Shown here one piece after another: positions 36,405-48,300 of a DNA stretch of 52,140 bases. This stretch comes from Jimgerdemannia flammicorona (lineage: Eukaryota): assembly GCA_003990765.1 (NCBI GenBank), contig RBNJ01000021.1:1-52140 (forward strand). The letters are read 5' to 3'. Each line of letters begins with the position of its first letter. Position 1 is the stretch's first letter. The notes beneath the pieces were generated by a model that saw only the letters and a program-made list of their open reading frames with translations, had not been told where the DNA came from and searched no databases. The position numbers and the translations under genes were made by a program.

Positions 36405-37911
36405 TGTCATGTAGTGGTTGCTGAGTCCTTCAAATATGCCAGATTCTCTTCAAGATATATCTCTTAGACTAACTCAAGTTTGTTATAAGCAAGTTCTTAT
36501 TAGAGTACCTTCCCAAGGTCTTATAGTCCTCAAACTCCTTATCTTTAACTGTCTTGTTATCTCTTAGATTGCTTGCAAGGAAGTGTGTATATTGTACTGA
36601 GAAGACTGACTTTATTTCAGAGGAAATAAGAGGGATATTTATATAAAATATAATTCAATGGTTGCTAAGAAATAAAGCTAAATATAAATTTCAATAACTA
36701 AAACTGCTAAGTTCCAGGGTCGGCGCTGATGGTTGTACAGATTCAAGATGCTAGTATAATTTAGTGTCACATCAGAATACCAGTGCTGGAACAATTTCAC
36801 ATCACCTCAAAATGCCAGTGCTGGCATTATCCAGTGTTACATCAGAATACTGGTGCTGGCATTATTCAGTATAATAAAAAACTTAGAGCAGAAAGTTCAG
36901 GATTATGGGGGCTTCATTATCATCATCATCACTAAAGGAGATGAGATCCGTGAATTTGTCATTTTCACATGCTTTGATGTTGCATGAGATGATATCATTG
37001 CCAATGACATCATCACATTTGGCAGTGGGGAAATTGGGAGCTCTCCAATCTATGAGGTTCTCTTCCACAAAATAAGGAACAAATGTGGGGTCTTGGGGAG
37101 ATCTAACCTGAATGCTTAGGCCTTGGAATACTGAGATCAATCCTTGCAGGAATTGGTCTGGGTTGTCTTGGAGGATGGGGTGCCAGAAGTCTTCTACTTC
37201 ATCACTATTGAGAGTGATAGTGGACTGGGCTTCTGTAGCCACCCTGGCTTCTAGTACATTGATATGGTGAGATGACAGATCTCTGAAATCTGAGACTCTA
37301 ACATACTCCAGGTTGGAGATCGACCATGATGCATGCCTGAAGATCTGATGGATCTTTTTAGCTATTCTTGTCTCACATATATCCATGGGGGTGGTATCTT
37401 GTAGCTCTTGAGGGCTGGCCTGTGGGAACTCCCAGCAGAGAAGGTTTCCTATTTCATACTTCAACTATATTTGGAGGCATTTGGTAGCAATGGTGATCCT
37501 TGTTTCCATTTCATAGTGGTAGAGGATATAATGATAGAGATCTGCAGTACCCAGGTCAACACTAGGAGTCTTCTTGAGCAGGTCCTCATAGCTCTCCTGA
37601 TGTCTTGGATCATCCTTTCTTCAACTGAGGTACCTTGGTGGTTCCTTGACCTTGAGGTTCGGCAAGTGTTAGACATTTCTTTTGTGGAAAGTCTTTGAGC
37701 CATTTTGGAATTGGTGGGTCTTATTGGTTGCTGCTACTGCAGTTCCTTGATCCTTCTTTTATATTCTTTAGGATGCTTATACTGTGGTCACAATGACTCA
37801 CAGTTGGTCATTATTGCTCATCTCATATGTCATATGATCTCCTTGTGCTAGTGGCTTACAAGGAAAGACTGTCTCCTGTGCTGATGTCATCATTCTGAGG
37901 TCACCATTACA
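36405..37911 (-). repeat. A2 3' LTR (1507 bp)
   Basis: Direct repeat of 43599-45112 with TG...CA termini. Confidence 0.95.
36883..37703 (-). pseudogene. LTR(U3)-encoded ORF of unknown function, ~270 aa reconstructed (193 aa still open)
   Basis: ORFs 37461-37703 and 36883-37464 join if one frameshift and one stop are corrected. Homologous frames occur in the 5' LTR and in A1. Confidence 0.7.
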
Positions 37912-38284
37912 TCTTCCTCCTGAATAAGGATCTTCTTGAGTATCCTTATTCATTGGTCCAGTCCTGAAAAATTTGCTGATCCCACAACCTCTGGCAAGGG
38001 GTCAAAAAGTGATATTTATGGGCTGTTGTCTTCTCTTTATATTTTGATATGATAGTGAAGGGTTGCTCCCTTCATATAGAGCAAGGGCCTGATTCTGATC
38101 TTTACCAATCAGTTGATGGTTTGAACTCCTCTGACTTCAAAAGTCTCATGGATGAGTAGTTGTCAGTGCCACATCTCTTAGAGAATGGTCTAGACAGATA
38201 GCCTGCTGGTTATAGGATATGCTGTTACAATTCACGGACTAGAACCTTGTAGGTGGTCATCACATTTTGCTTCTCTTATATAGG

Positions 38285-41200
38285 TTTGTAGTACTTCTTG
38301 AGTCTGTTTCTATGTACCATGGTAGGCAGTATGGTCTCTGAGATTTTTCTAAGCCAGAAGGTGGTTCCCTTGATATCTTGTACATAGAAGGGTCCTTCCC
38401 ATTTGGGCTTCTGTTTTCGTGACTATGAGGCTTCTACTATATTTTGATACAATAGAACCTTTTCTCTGATTTGGATGAGTTCTAGGGCCTTGTGATTCTT
38501 TTCCACATTATTCCTTATCAGTGCTTGTAACTTAGTGATGTAATCTTCAGCCTTCTTTCTGATTTGGTGTAGTCTCTGGATTTCTGCATTAATCTGTCTC
38601 CAAGTTAGGTCTAGATTTGTAGCTGAGGTTCCATCAGAATCTTTTTCTCTGAAGAGCAGCTCTCTTGGGGTAAAGTGTGTGCTCTGTGACCATATGTCTC
38701 ATAGGACAGAGAGAGTGGTTGGGAGATAGTTATCCTAATTCCCATATATCTCTGAGATCTTCACTAGGATGTTCTTGAGGGTCTTATTGGTTCTTTCTGT
38801 CTGTCCATTTCCTTGAGGGTAGTACATAATGGTCTTGATGGGCTGGATCTTATATTTCTGATATATTATCTCATAGAATCTATTGACAAATTCCATTCCA
38901 CAGTCTGTTGTGATTTGCTTTGGTGTCTTGTAGTGGCAGAGTGCAGGAAGTCAGCTATAGAGAGGGCATTGTCTTCTTGTAATGCTCCCACCTCTATCCA
39001 TTTGGTAAAGAGGTCTACAATAACTATAATATAGCAGTTTCCTAATAGTGTTACTGGTAGTGACCCAATGATATCCATTGCGATATGGTGGAAGGGGATA
39101 GGCTCAATTCTTAATAACCCAGGTGTCTGGTCTTGCTGATCTTATTTCTGTTTTTGGCACTTGTTACACCCTTTGACAAATTGGCACAGGTCTTCTTCTA
39201 TCTTGAGCCACTATATAGTTCTTCTTGCCTTGTCATATGTATTGGTTCCTCCTAAGTGTCCTTGCTTGCATACTTCCTTCATTACTTGATACTTCTTGTA
39301 TTCAGGTATTACTAGCTTTCCTCCTTTTCTGAGTGTAGTGTTGTCTAGTTCAAACTGTTTTCAAGTCTGGTTGATGATGGTAATTGTCCAGGGCTCAAGG
39401 TGGTTGGGCATCTTCCACTGTCCAAGATAGTTAATTAATCCATAGCATAGCTCCTTATTCATGTTGAATAGTCTTGATGGGGGTGTTTTGGGATATCCTT
39501 GAGAGGGCATTGGTGTTGGTATTGGGCTTTTTCTGAGCAGTGCTTGATAGGACAGTCATACTCTTGTAGTCTATAGATCCATCTGGCATATATTCCTTTG
39601 GGTTCAGAGTGTGGAATAGCCAGGCAAGAGTGGAGTGGTCTGTTTGAATGATGAAGTGTTTCCCAGCTAGGTAGTAGTGGAACTTGTCTACTGCCCAAAC
39701 TACTGCTAAGCATTCAAGCTTGCAGGACTCATAGTTCTGTTCTGCTCCACAGGTACCTTGGCTTGCATAGGAGATGATATATTTATGTCCATCTTTCTTC
39801 TGAGCTAGGACTGCTCCAAGTCCTATAGCACTTGCATCTGTCTGCAGGATGAATTCTAGATTCCAGTCTGGTCTTCTGAGGATAGATGCTTGGGTCAACC
39901 TGGTCTTGAGTTCATTGAAGGTTTCTTAGTGCTCCTTGGTCCATTTGAATTTGGTTTCCTTCTTCAGTAGCTCATAGATAGGTGCTGCAATGTTGGAATA
40001 TCCTTTGATGAACCTTCTGTAGTAGCTGGCCAGTCCAAAGAAGGCATAGACTTCTGTGGTTGTCCTGGGTCTTGAGTAGGCTGCAACAGCCTCAATCTTC
40101 ATAGGGTCTGTATGGATTCCAGTCTGGTTGATGAGATGTCCTAGATAGGCAATTTCCTGAGCCACAAATTTACATTTCTTGGGCTTGATGTAGAGGCCAT
40201 ACTCCTTGAGCTTCTTGAGGGCTAGCTATATGTGATTGATATGTTCCTGTGCAGTATTGCTGAAGATGATCACATCATCAACATAGACAAAGAGCCATTT
40301 TCCAATCTCATTGCTGAAGACTCTGTTCATCATTCATTGGAAACTTGCTGGGGCATTGTACATTCCAAATGGCATTTGCAGGTAGATATAGGTGGCATCA
40401 GGTATGATGAAGGCTGATTTCTCACTGGCATCTTGAGTGAGACCAATCTGATGGAAGCCTGAGAACAGATCCAAGATGGTGTAGTATTTGGCTTCACTTC
40501 CAAGGGTGGTAAGGATTTCTTGAATATTTGGCAAAGGTTGCCTATCCTTCTTAGTGATGGCATTGAGCTTCCTGTAGTCAATACAGAGTCTTGGTGCAAA
40601 CTCTCCAGGCTTGCTTCCTTTCTTCAGGGTAAGAACAATGGGTGAGGCCCAGGGGCTGATAGCTTGCTTGATGATTCCAGCTTCTTCCATTTCCTTGAGT
40701 TCTGCTTGCAGTCACTCTCTGTAGACAGGTAGTATGGGTCTGGCTTTCTGGTAGATGGGCTTGGTATCCAGTGTCAACTTTATGATAGTACTTGGGTTCT
40801 TGATTGTAAATATCCCTAAAGTCTGTAGCAAGTACTTCTTTGTTCTGGTGCAGGATCTTGAGAAGTTGTTCCTCTAGGGGAAAGTTTTCTCCAATGGTAC
40901 ATATATGTGTGCTTGTTCTGGTCCTTGTCTTTCTTGTGCTCAAGTTCAGTAATCTTGGTGGTGGCATAGGCTTCTCTTCCAGTAGATCCAAAGCCTTGTT
41001 CTCCTCTCTTAGTCTTGATGAGTTTGATGGCTTCAATGATCTTGGGTTTCTTGATTTCGTGGATTAGCATCTGGCCAATCCTGTCATGCTTCTTGACTTT
41101 GAATGGGGTGGTGGGGTTGTGATTCCTGACTATGATAAAGATCTCGCCAGTGTAATCAGGGACAATTACTCCTCCTTCAACTGAGATTTCACTTTTGGCC

Positions 41201-43475
41201 AGACTGCTCCTAGTCTTGATAATTCTGGGATGGTTTTCTGGCAGCTTGACTCCAATTCCAGTGTCAAGTAGGGTGGTGGTCTGTAGTTCAAGGGTAGCAT
41301 CTTGAATGCTGGCAAGGTCCATTCCTATGGCTTCTTCAGTCTTATATTCTGGGATCTTGGCTTCAGGGTGAAACTTCTTGACCTTGAGGGTGATGTCTGA
41401 TTCTTATTCCTCCTCATCATTGCTGTCAGCTTGAAGCTCTGGGGGCTGGTCATCTTCTTCAGCTTTCCTTTTTGCTTGAGCAGCTTCTTGCTTATGTTTC
41501 TGTTGGCAGATTTTCCTAACTTCACTGATATAGAATCGGCAGTCATTCAGGTGTTCAGAGCAGTATATCCTAGTACCATGAGGGCATCTTCCTTGAGGGG
41601 CATACCCATTGATGATCTTGTTGTACCACTTCTCATCTGTGAGCTTGGGTGTCTTGTTCTTGTTCTTGTTCACTGAGTGCATGAAGACCTCTGTGTCCTC
41701 TTCATCTCCTTCCTCCATATCTGATAGAACTCCTTTATAGACATTGATAGAGACTTGTATCTTTCTTCCTCTATAGTTGATCTGCATCTTCTGGGCATTG
41801 AGGTCAATGATGGCCTTGGCCTTGTAAAGCCATTGATTGTCAATGAGGATATCATAGTTAGTGGCACTTGTAACAATCACATTTACTGGGATGGTAGCTC
41901 CTCCTATCTTGATGGGAACTTCTCAGATTTTGCCAATAGGTGTAGCTCATATACTATCTGCTATAACATAGATCATCTTGATAGACTCTTCAATGTCCCA
42001 ACCTAGGTGGTCAATTGCCTTCTTGCTTATGAGGCATCCTCCAGCATCAGTATCAATGATGGCATCAAGATACAGTCTTTGATCTGGCAGGGAGTATAGG
42101 CTGATGTCTTGCGCTGGTCTTCAGATTCTTTACCTGAGTTCTCAGATTCTTCCTGTGCATTGTGAGCTTCTACAATCTTGTACTCTTGATTCTTGACAGT
42201 AGTTGTAAGTCCTACTCTCAACTGCTCTGAAGGTGGAGACTTCAGCTAGCTATCTAAGATAGCATTGACCTTCTGTTCCTTCAGGTCCTTGTAGATATCA
42301 TACTGGTGGATCTTGGTCTTGCACAGCTTCTGTTCCTTATTGTTTTCACTTTCTCCTGAGACTGGAGTAGTGCCTTCAATAATTTGGCAGGAAGCTTCAT
42401 CTAACTCCATGTCTTGATCAATCTTCTTGGGTTGGGTCTTGCTTTGAATAGTGACAGCTGGGGTCTTCTTTGGTCTTTCAACTGGCTTGCTGTTGCTCTT
42501 CTTGTCATAGGGCTTGGATCAGGTTCTGGTACCTTCAGTAGTAATATAGAATTCAAGCTCCTCATAGTATTCTTCATCATCAGTATCACCAATCTCCTTG
42601 ATGACTACTGTATTGGTTTGTTCTCTAGTTCTGCTAGCATTGCTTAGTTGGGCTCTGTGTCTTGTTTTGGTCATACAATTCTTTACATAGTGGTCTTCTT
42701 CTCTACATCTGAAGCATGTGATATTGCATTCTTCTATAGCAGCTGCAAATCTCTGCATTGGTCTCCTGTTGGTGCTTTGGACTTCTCTAACAACATCACC
42801 AAGGTGTGTAGTCATCTTGGCAAACTACTTGGCGAGTTCCTCCACTGGGTCAGCTTTGGCTGTCTTGGGGGTAGGTGGGATTGGTTGTCTGTTCACAACT
42901 GTGGTGGGTATGATAGTAGTTGGCTTTGATGGCTCCATCTTGATGCTAGTTATTTTCTCCATTGAGTGTTCGGCAGGGTGTCTGGCAGTCCAACATCTCT
43001 GTACAAAGACCACTTTCTGATCAAGGGTCAGTGCAGCTGGAGTAGACCAGATTGCTAGGGCAATTTCAGGGTGAACTCCTTTGAGAAAAGTTGAATATGC
43101 TATTTATTCCTTGAGGCATTCATCATAGCCAGCCAAGATAATCTGGTGGCAGATTCAGATATAGAATGAGTTGAGATCTTCACTAAGTCCCTGGCAGATA
43201 GTATTGAGTTGATCCTTGAGAGCTTGCTTGATCTCTTCAGTATAGTATATTGTTCTGAGGAAGGCCTTTATGTTGGCAAGTTTGGCTATACCAGCATCAG
43301 CAATGGTGGCTGCATTGAACTTGTCTCTGGCAGGTCCTCTGAGGCTGACTGGTAGAAGGGCCAATTGAGCATCTATACCAAGGGCTCATATGGCAGTAAA
43401 TTGTTCAAAGTCTTCAATGAAGATCAGGATTGACTCTTCAGTAGTATATCTATAGAATGTGAGGGGATGCATTTC
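38285..43475 (-). pseudogene. A2 gag-pol: gag with CCHC knuckle (~42720-42675), protease (~42080-41780), dUTPase (~41385-40975), RT (~40720-40010), RNase H (~39860-39505), integrase (~39450-38285)
   Basis: CFRCREEDHYVKNC; MDL...RSSL...GVIVPDYTGEI...DRIGQ...RGEQGFGSTG; SPWASPIVL...RLCIDYRKLN...LDLFSGFHQI...MPFG; LQTDASAIGLGAVL; MDIIGSLP. Stops and frameshifts are present. Confidence 0.95.
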
Positions 43476-43598
43476 CATCTTGTCTTGAATTCTTACAGAG
43501 GTGACTCTTGTAGTCAGGGTAGTTGTTGTGGGGGTTGTTCGTTTTTCAGCTTGAAAGTGAGGGATTCATCTTGAATTACTAGCCAATGGGCACCAAGT

Positions 43599-45112
43599 TG
43601 TCACATGTGGTCACTGAGTCCTTCAAATATGCCAGATTCTCTTCAAGGTATATCTCTTAGACTAACTCAAGTTTGTTATAAGCAAGTTCTTATTGGAGTG
43701 CCTTCCTAAGGTCTTATAGTCCTCAAACTTCTTATCTTTAACTGTTTTGTTATCTCTTAGATTGCTTGTAAAGAAGTATATATATTGCACTGAGAAGACT
43801 GACTTTATTTCAGAGGAAATAAGAGAGATATTTATATAAAATATAATTCAATAGTTGCTAAGATATAAAGCTAAATATAAATTCCAATAACTAAAACTAC
43901 TAAGTTCCAGGGTTGGCACTGATGGTTGTACAGGTTCAGGATGCTGGTATAATTCAGTATCATATCAGAATATCAGTGCTAGAACAATTTCGCATCACCT
44001 TAGAATATCAGTGCTGGCATTATCCAGTATTATATCAGAATACTGGTATTAGCATTATTCAGTATAATAAAGAACTTAGAGCAGAAATTTCAGGATTATG
44101 GGGGCTTCATCATCATCATCATCACTGAAGGAGATGAGATCTGTGAATTTGTCATTTTCATATACTTCGATGTTGTGTAGGATGACATCATTGCCAATGA
44201 CATCATCACATTCAGTGGTGGAGAAATTGGGAGCTCTCTAATCTATGAGATTCTCTTCTACAAAATAAGGAACAAATGTGGAGTCTTGGGGAGGTCTAAC
44301 CTGGATGCTTGGGCCTTGGAATACTGAGATCAATCCTTGCAGGAATTGGTCTGGGTTGTCCTGGAGAATGGGGTGCCAGAAGTCTTCTACTTCATCACTA
44401 TTGAGAGTGATAGTAGACTGGGCTTCTGTAGCCACCCTGGCTTCTAGTGCATTGATATGGTGGGATGATAGGTCTCTGAAATCTGAGACTCTAACATACT
44501 CCAGGTTGGGGATTAACCATAGTACATGCCTGAAGATCTGATGGATCTTTTTAGTTGTTCTTATCTCACATATATCCATGGAGGTGGTATCTTGTAGCTC
44601 TTGAGGGCTGGCCTGTGGGAACTCCCAGCAGAGGAGGTTTTCTATTTTGTACTCCTGTCATATTTAGAGGTATTCAGTAGCAATGGTGATCCTTGTTTCC
44701 ATTTCATGGCAGTAGAGGATATAATGATAGAGATCTGCAGTATCCAGGTCAACACTGGGAGTCCTTCTTGAGTATGTTCTCATAGCTCTCCTGATGTCTT
44801 GGAATATCCTTTCTTTAACTGAGGTGTCTTGGTGGTTCTTTGATCTTGAGGTTTGGTGAGTGGCAGACATTTCATTTATAGTAAGTCTTTGAGCTATTTT
44901 GGGATTGGTGGGTCTTATTGGTTGCTACTACTGCAGTTCCTTGATCCTTCTTTTATATTCTTCAGAATACTTGTACTGTGGTCACAATGACTTACAGTTG
45001 GTTATCATTGCTCATCTTATATACCATATGATCTCCTTGTATTCTGATCTGGTGGCTTGCAAGGAAAGACTGTCTCCTGTGCTGATGTCATCATCCTGAG
45101 GTCACTGTTATA
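43599..45112 (-). repeat. A2 5' LTR (1514 bp)
   Basis: Direct repeat of 36405-37911, flanked by the PBS and the CTAA TSD. Confidence 0.95.
44076..44870 (-). pseudogene. Second copy of the LTR-encoded ORF (A2 5' LTR)
   Basis: ORFs 44664-44870 and 44238-44579 are nearly identical in translation to 36883-37703. Confidence 0.7.
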
Positions 45113-45353
45113 CTAATTTTATTCTCTCAATAATATCTCTTTATCTATCAGAAATAGACTAGGGCTTACTTGTTATCTTTAAATAGTTTATAAATCTGCT
45201 TAGTAATAGTGATCTGAATATAGAATATTTGGTACTCTATAATCTACTTTTCTTTTATTATATTCTTATTCTTATTTAGTAATTGTTCTAACTTAAAGTA
45301 TTTATAAAACTCAGTATAGTTTTAGTAGATTCTAAAATATAAAATATATAATA

Positions 45354-48300
45354 TATAATGGTTCAAATTTCTTTAAGAGGAAGTGACTAAGACTGGTAAT
45401 TCTGGTGAGTCCAAAGTAGCTTAAAGAGATACTTATAGATTCAAGTATTCTCAAAAGAATTCTGGAAGAAAATATTCTAAGCTTTACTCAAGTAGAGAAT
45501 AAGGATATTTATACAGAATCTGAAAGAAAGATCTGGAAGGATCTCAGAAAAGAAGAGAAAAGCCAAGAAATAGATTCTCAGCAAAGATGACTAATAGAAT
45601 TCTACAATATTCCAAAAGGTCCTATGATTAGCTAAGATAAGATACTTGAAACCAAGAAAAGATGAGAATATTTTAGTAATGTCTTAGTACCAAGAGAAAA
45701 TTTCTAGGAATTTAAAAGGTGCTGAAACATAGCAGAATATATAAGCAAAGATAAGAAAAGATTAGCAAAAGATGCAAAAAAGTACTAAGACTAAAATATG
45801 TCTATAAAATTATTACATTCCTTTCTCCTTAAGAACCAACATTCTTATTGAGTTTTTAGATAATATAAGACTAAATATACTTAAACAAAATTTCTTAAAC
45901 TTATATTAATATATTGGTAAAGACTAGCTATTCTTGTATAGAGCAGAGAGCCTATTATCAAACTAACTAACTAAGAGGGGTTCAAACCCAGCTAGTAGCT
46001 TCATTTTAGTAAATTTCTTATTAACTAAATATTTTACTAGTTCTAGTGTCCCAAAGTAACTTCTGATATATAAGGTACTAGTTATTACTATAAGTTATTG
46101 ACAATCCAAGAAAGTCACTACAGAGATTGGGAAATATATTTTCTCTTGAAGTCTTGAACCAGATCTTGAGATTGACCAGTGGTTTCTAGATAGTATTATA
46201 TTCAGAATAGCCCATCCACTTGACCAGGTATTCAGAATGATGGTAGCAGATTCAGTTGTTTAGAATTTTCTCAACTTTATATTTGATATTATCTGTAATA
46301 ATTATAGGAGCATATAGCTTAAAAATTTGACCAGAGTAGGGTAGTAACTAGTTCTTAGTCTTGAGGTATGACATATGAAAGACTGGATTTATTCTCATAG
46401 TTTCAGATAGCTTGAGATGGTAGGAGAATGCAGAGACTTGTTTGATAATCTCAAAGAGTCCAATATACTTGAGTTGAAATTTGTTTGATGGATAGTTGAC
46501 TTGAGATTATATTTTGAGGTTTTCAGTAGATAGTAGAACTTGATCTCTAATAGTATAGATGACATTATGGTATTTCTTATCAGCATACTTGACTTGATGC
46601 TATTGGGTCTTCTGGAGATTCACAGTAGCAATCTTGAGTAGCTCATTCATTTTATCTATAAGTTCTTAGCAGTAGAGACTTATATTTGACTGTTTATCTT
46701 AAAAGGAACTAAACTTGCAGAGGTCTTGGAATCTTAACTATAGAGTAGCCAAAAAGGAGAAAGACCAGTAGATGATTAGACAGTATTATTTTATACAAAT
46801 TATGCATATATAAATCAAGTAATGATCTCAATTATCTTATTTATAAGAAACATATTTTCTGTAGAGTTCTGTTCATGCACTTGGTTTATCTATCAGTTTG
46901 TAAGTAGAAGGTAGTAGATATGGCCAATTGGGTTCCCAGGGTCTTGAAGAGAGTTTGCCAAAAGTAACTGATGAACTTGGAGTCATGATTACTAATAATT
47001 ACTCATAGTAGATCATAGTGATAAAAGATAGACTTGAAGAAGATTCTTGCAATCTTGGATATATTAGCATTGATAGTAATTGGTTCAGCAATCTTAGTTT
47101 TGGTCAGGCAGTCAATAAATACATATGATAATAGTATCAGAATCAGATTGAGTTCATAGTAGTTATATTACAAAGTCTATTGTAACTTGCTCAAATTTCT
47201 TAGTCAGAATTGGTAGTGGTTGTAGCAAACCAGCTGGTGCTTGGTTGGTAGACTTATTGTACTGACAGAGATTATAGCAAGTAAATAGTTCTTGATTTTC
47301 TCGATCATACTTGATCAATAGTAGTGATACTGAATATTTTTAACTATTTTCTCAATTCTAAGATAACTGGAAAAAGGGAAGTCATGGTGTTTTTACAGAA
47401 TCCTATAATATAGATTCATTTGTCAAATAGGTAGACTTGGTCTTGATGGTAGATCAGATTGTTTTCAATAGTATATATATCCTTGAGCTCATTCAAGAAA
47501 ACTTGAGTAGTGATAGTGTCTTCTTAGTAAGCTTGCTGGATTTGGTCTAGAAATTCAGATACCAAGATGACTTGCATAATTGTAGTAAGGTCTGGAAATC
47601 TTAATAAGGCATCTGATACTATAAGTATCTTTCCAGACTTATAGATAATTATCAGATTGGAAGTTTGAAGCTTTAGGCTCTACTTGGCTTATAATTATAA
47701 TAATATTGATTGGGTAATAATATATTTGAGAGATTGATGATCAGTGATGATATCAAACTCAATATCTTCAAGATAGTATTATCAATAGTCTAGTACATAT
47801 ATTATTACCAGTAGTTTTTTCTTATGGGTAACTAGCTTTTGTTCAGCTAGAGTCAACTTATAGGACTCAAAGACAATAGGATGATGTCCTTTACCATCAT
47901 CTTGTAACAAGACTACTCTAATGGCAAAATTTGATATATCAGTAATAATGGTGAATTTTAGACTTGGATTTATATTATATAGAACTAGAGCATATGTCAG
48001 ACAGTTCTTGAGTTCTTGAAAGACTTATTGATAGAAGAGATCTCAGATATAGGGTACATAGTGATCAGAGTTAGAGATCTTTCTCATGAGATTAGTCAGT
48101 GGTTCAGCAATACCAGAGAAGTTCTGACAAAGTGATAGTAGTAGCTAGTTAGACCTAGAAAGGACTAGAGTTCTATGAGGTTTAATAGAATAGGCCATTC
48201 TTAAATTGCATCTATCTTGTATAGATCTACTTGAATTCCTTATGTAGAGATAATGTGGTCAAGATATTTGATTTATTCTTTGAAAAATTTATACTTCTTG

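Larger units (their letters stand above)
36405..45112 (-). mobile_element. Ty3/gypsy family A, copy A2: full length (8.7 kb), the best-preserved LTR element here
   Basis: LTRs 36405-37911 and 43599-45112; CTAA TSD at 36401-36404 and 45113-45116; PBS-like TGGTGCCCATTGG (minus strand from ~43595); PPT caggaggaaga at 37912-37922. Confidence 0.95.

Noticed and set aside
43913-44128. ORF ending in a His6 tag-like run
   Set aside because: It is the antisense of GAT (Asp) repeats in the LTR ORF, not vector sequence.
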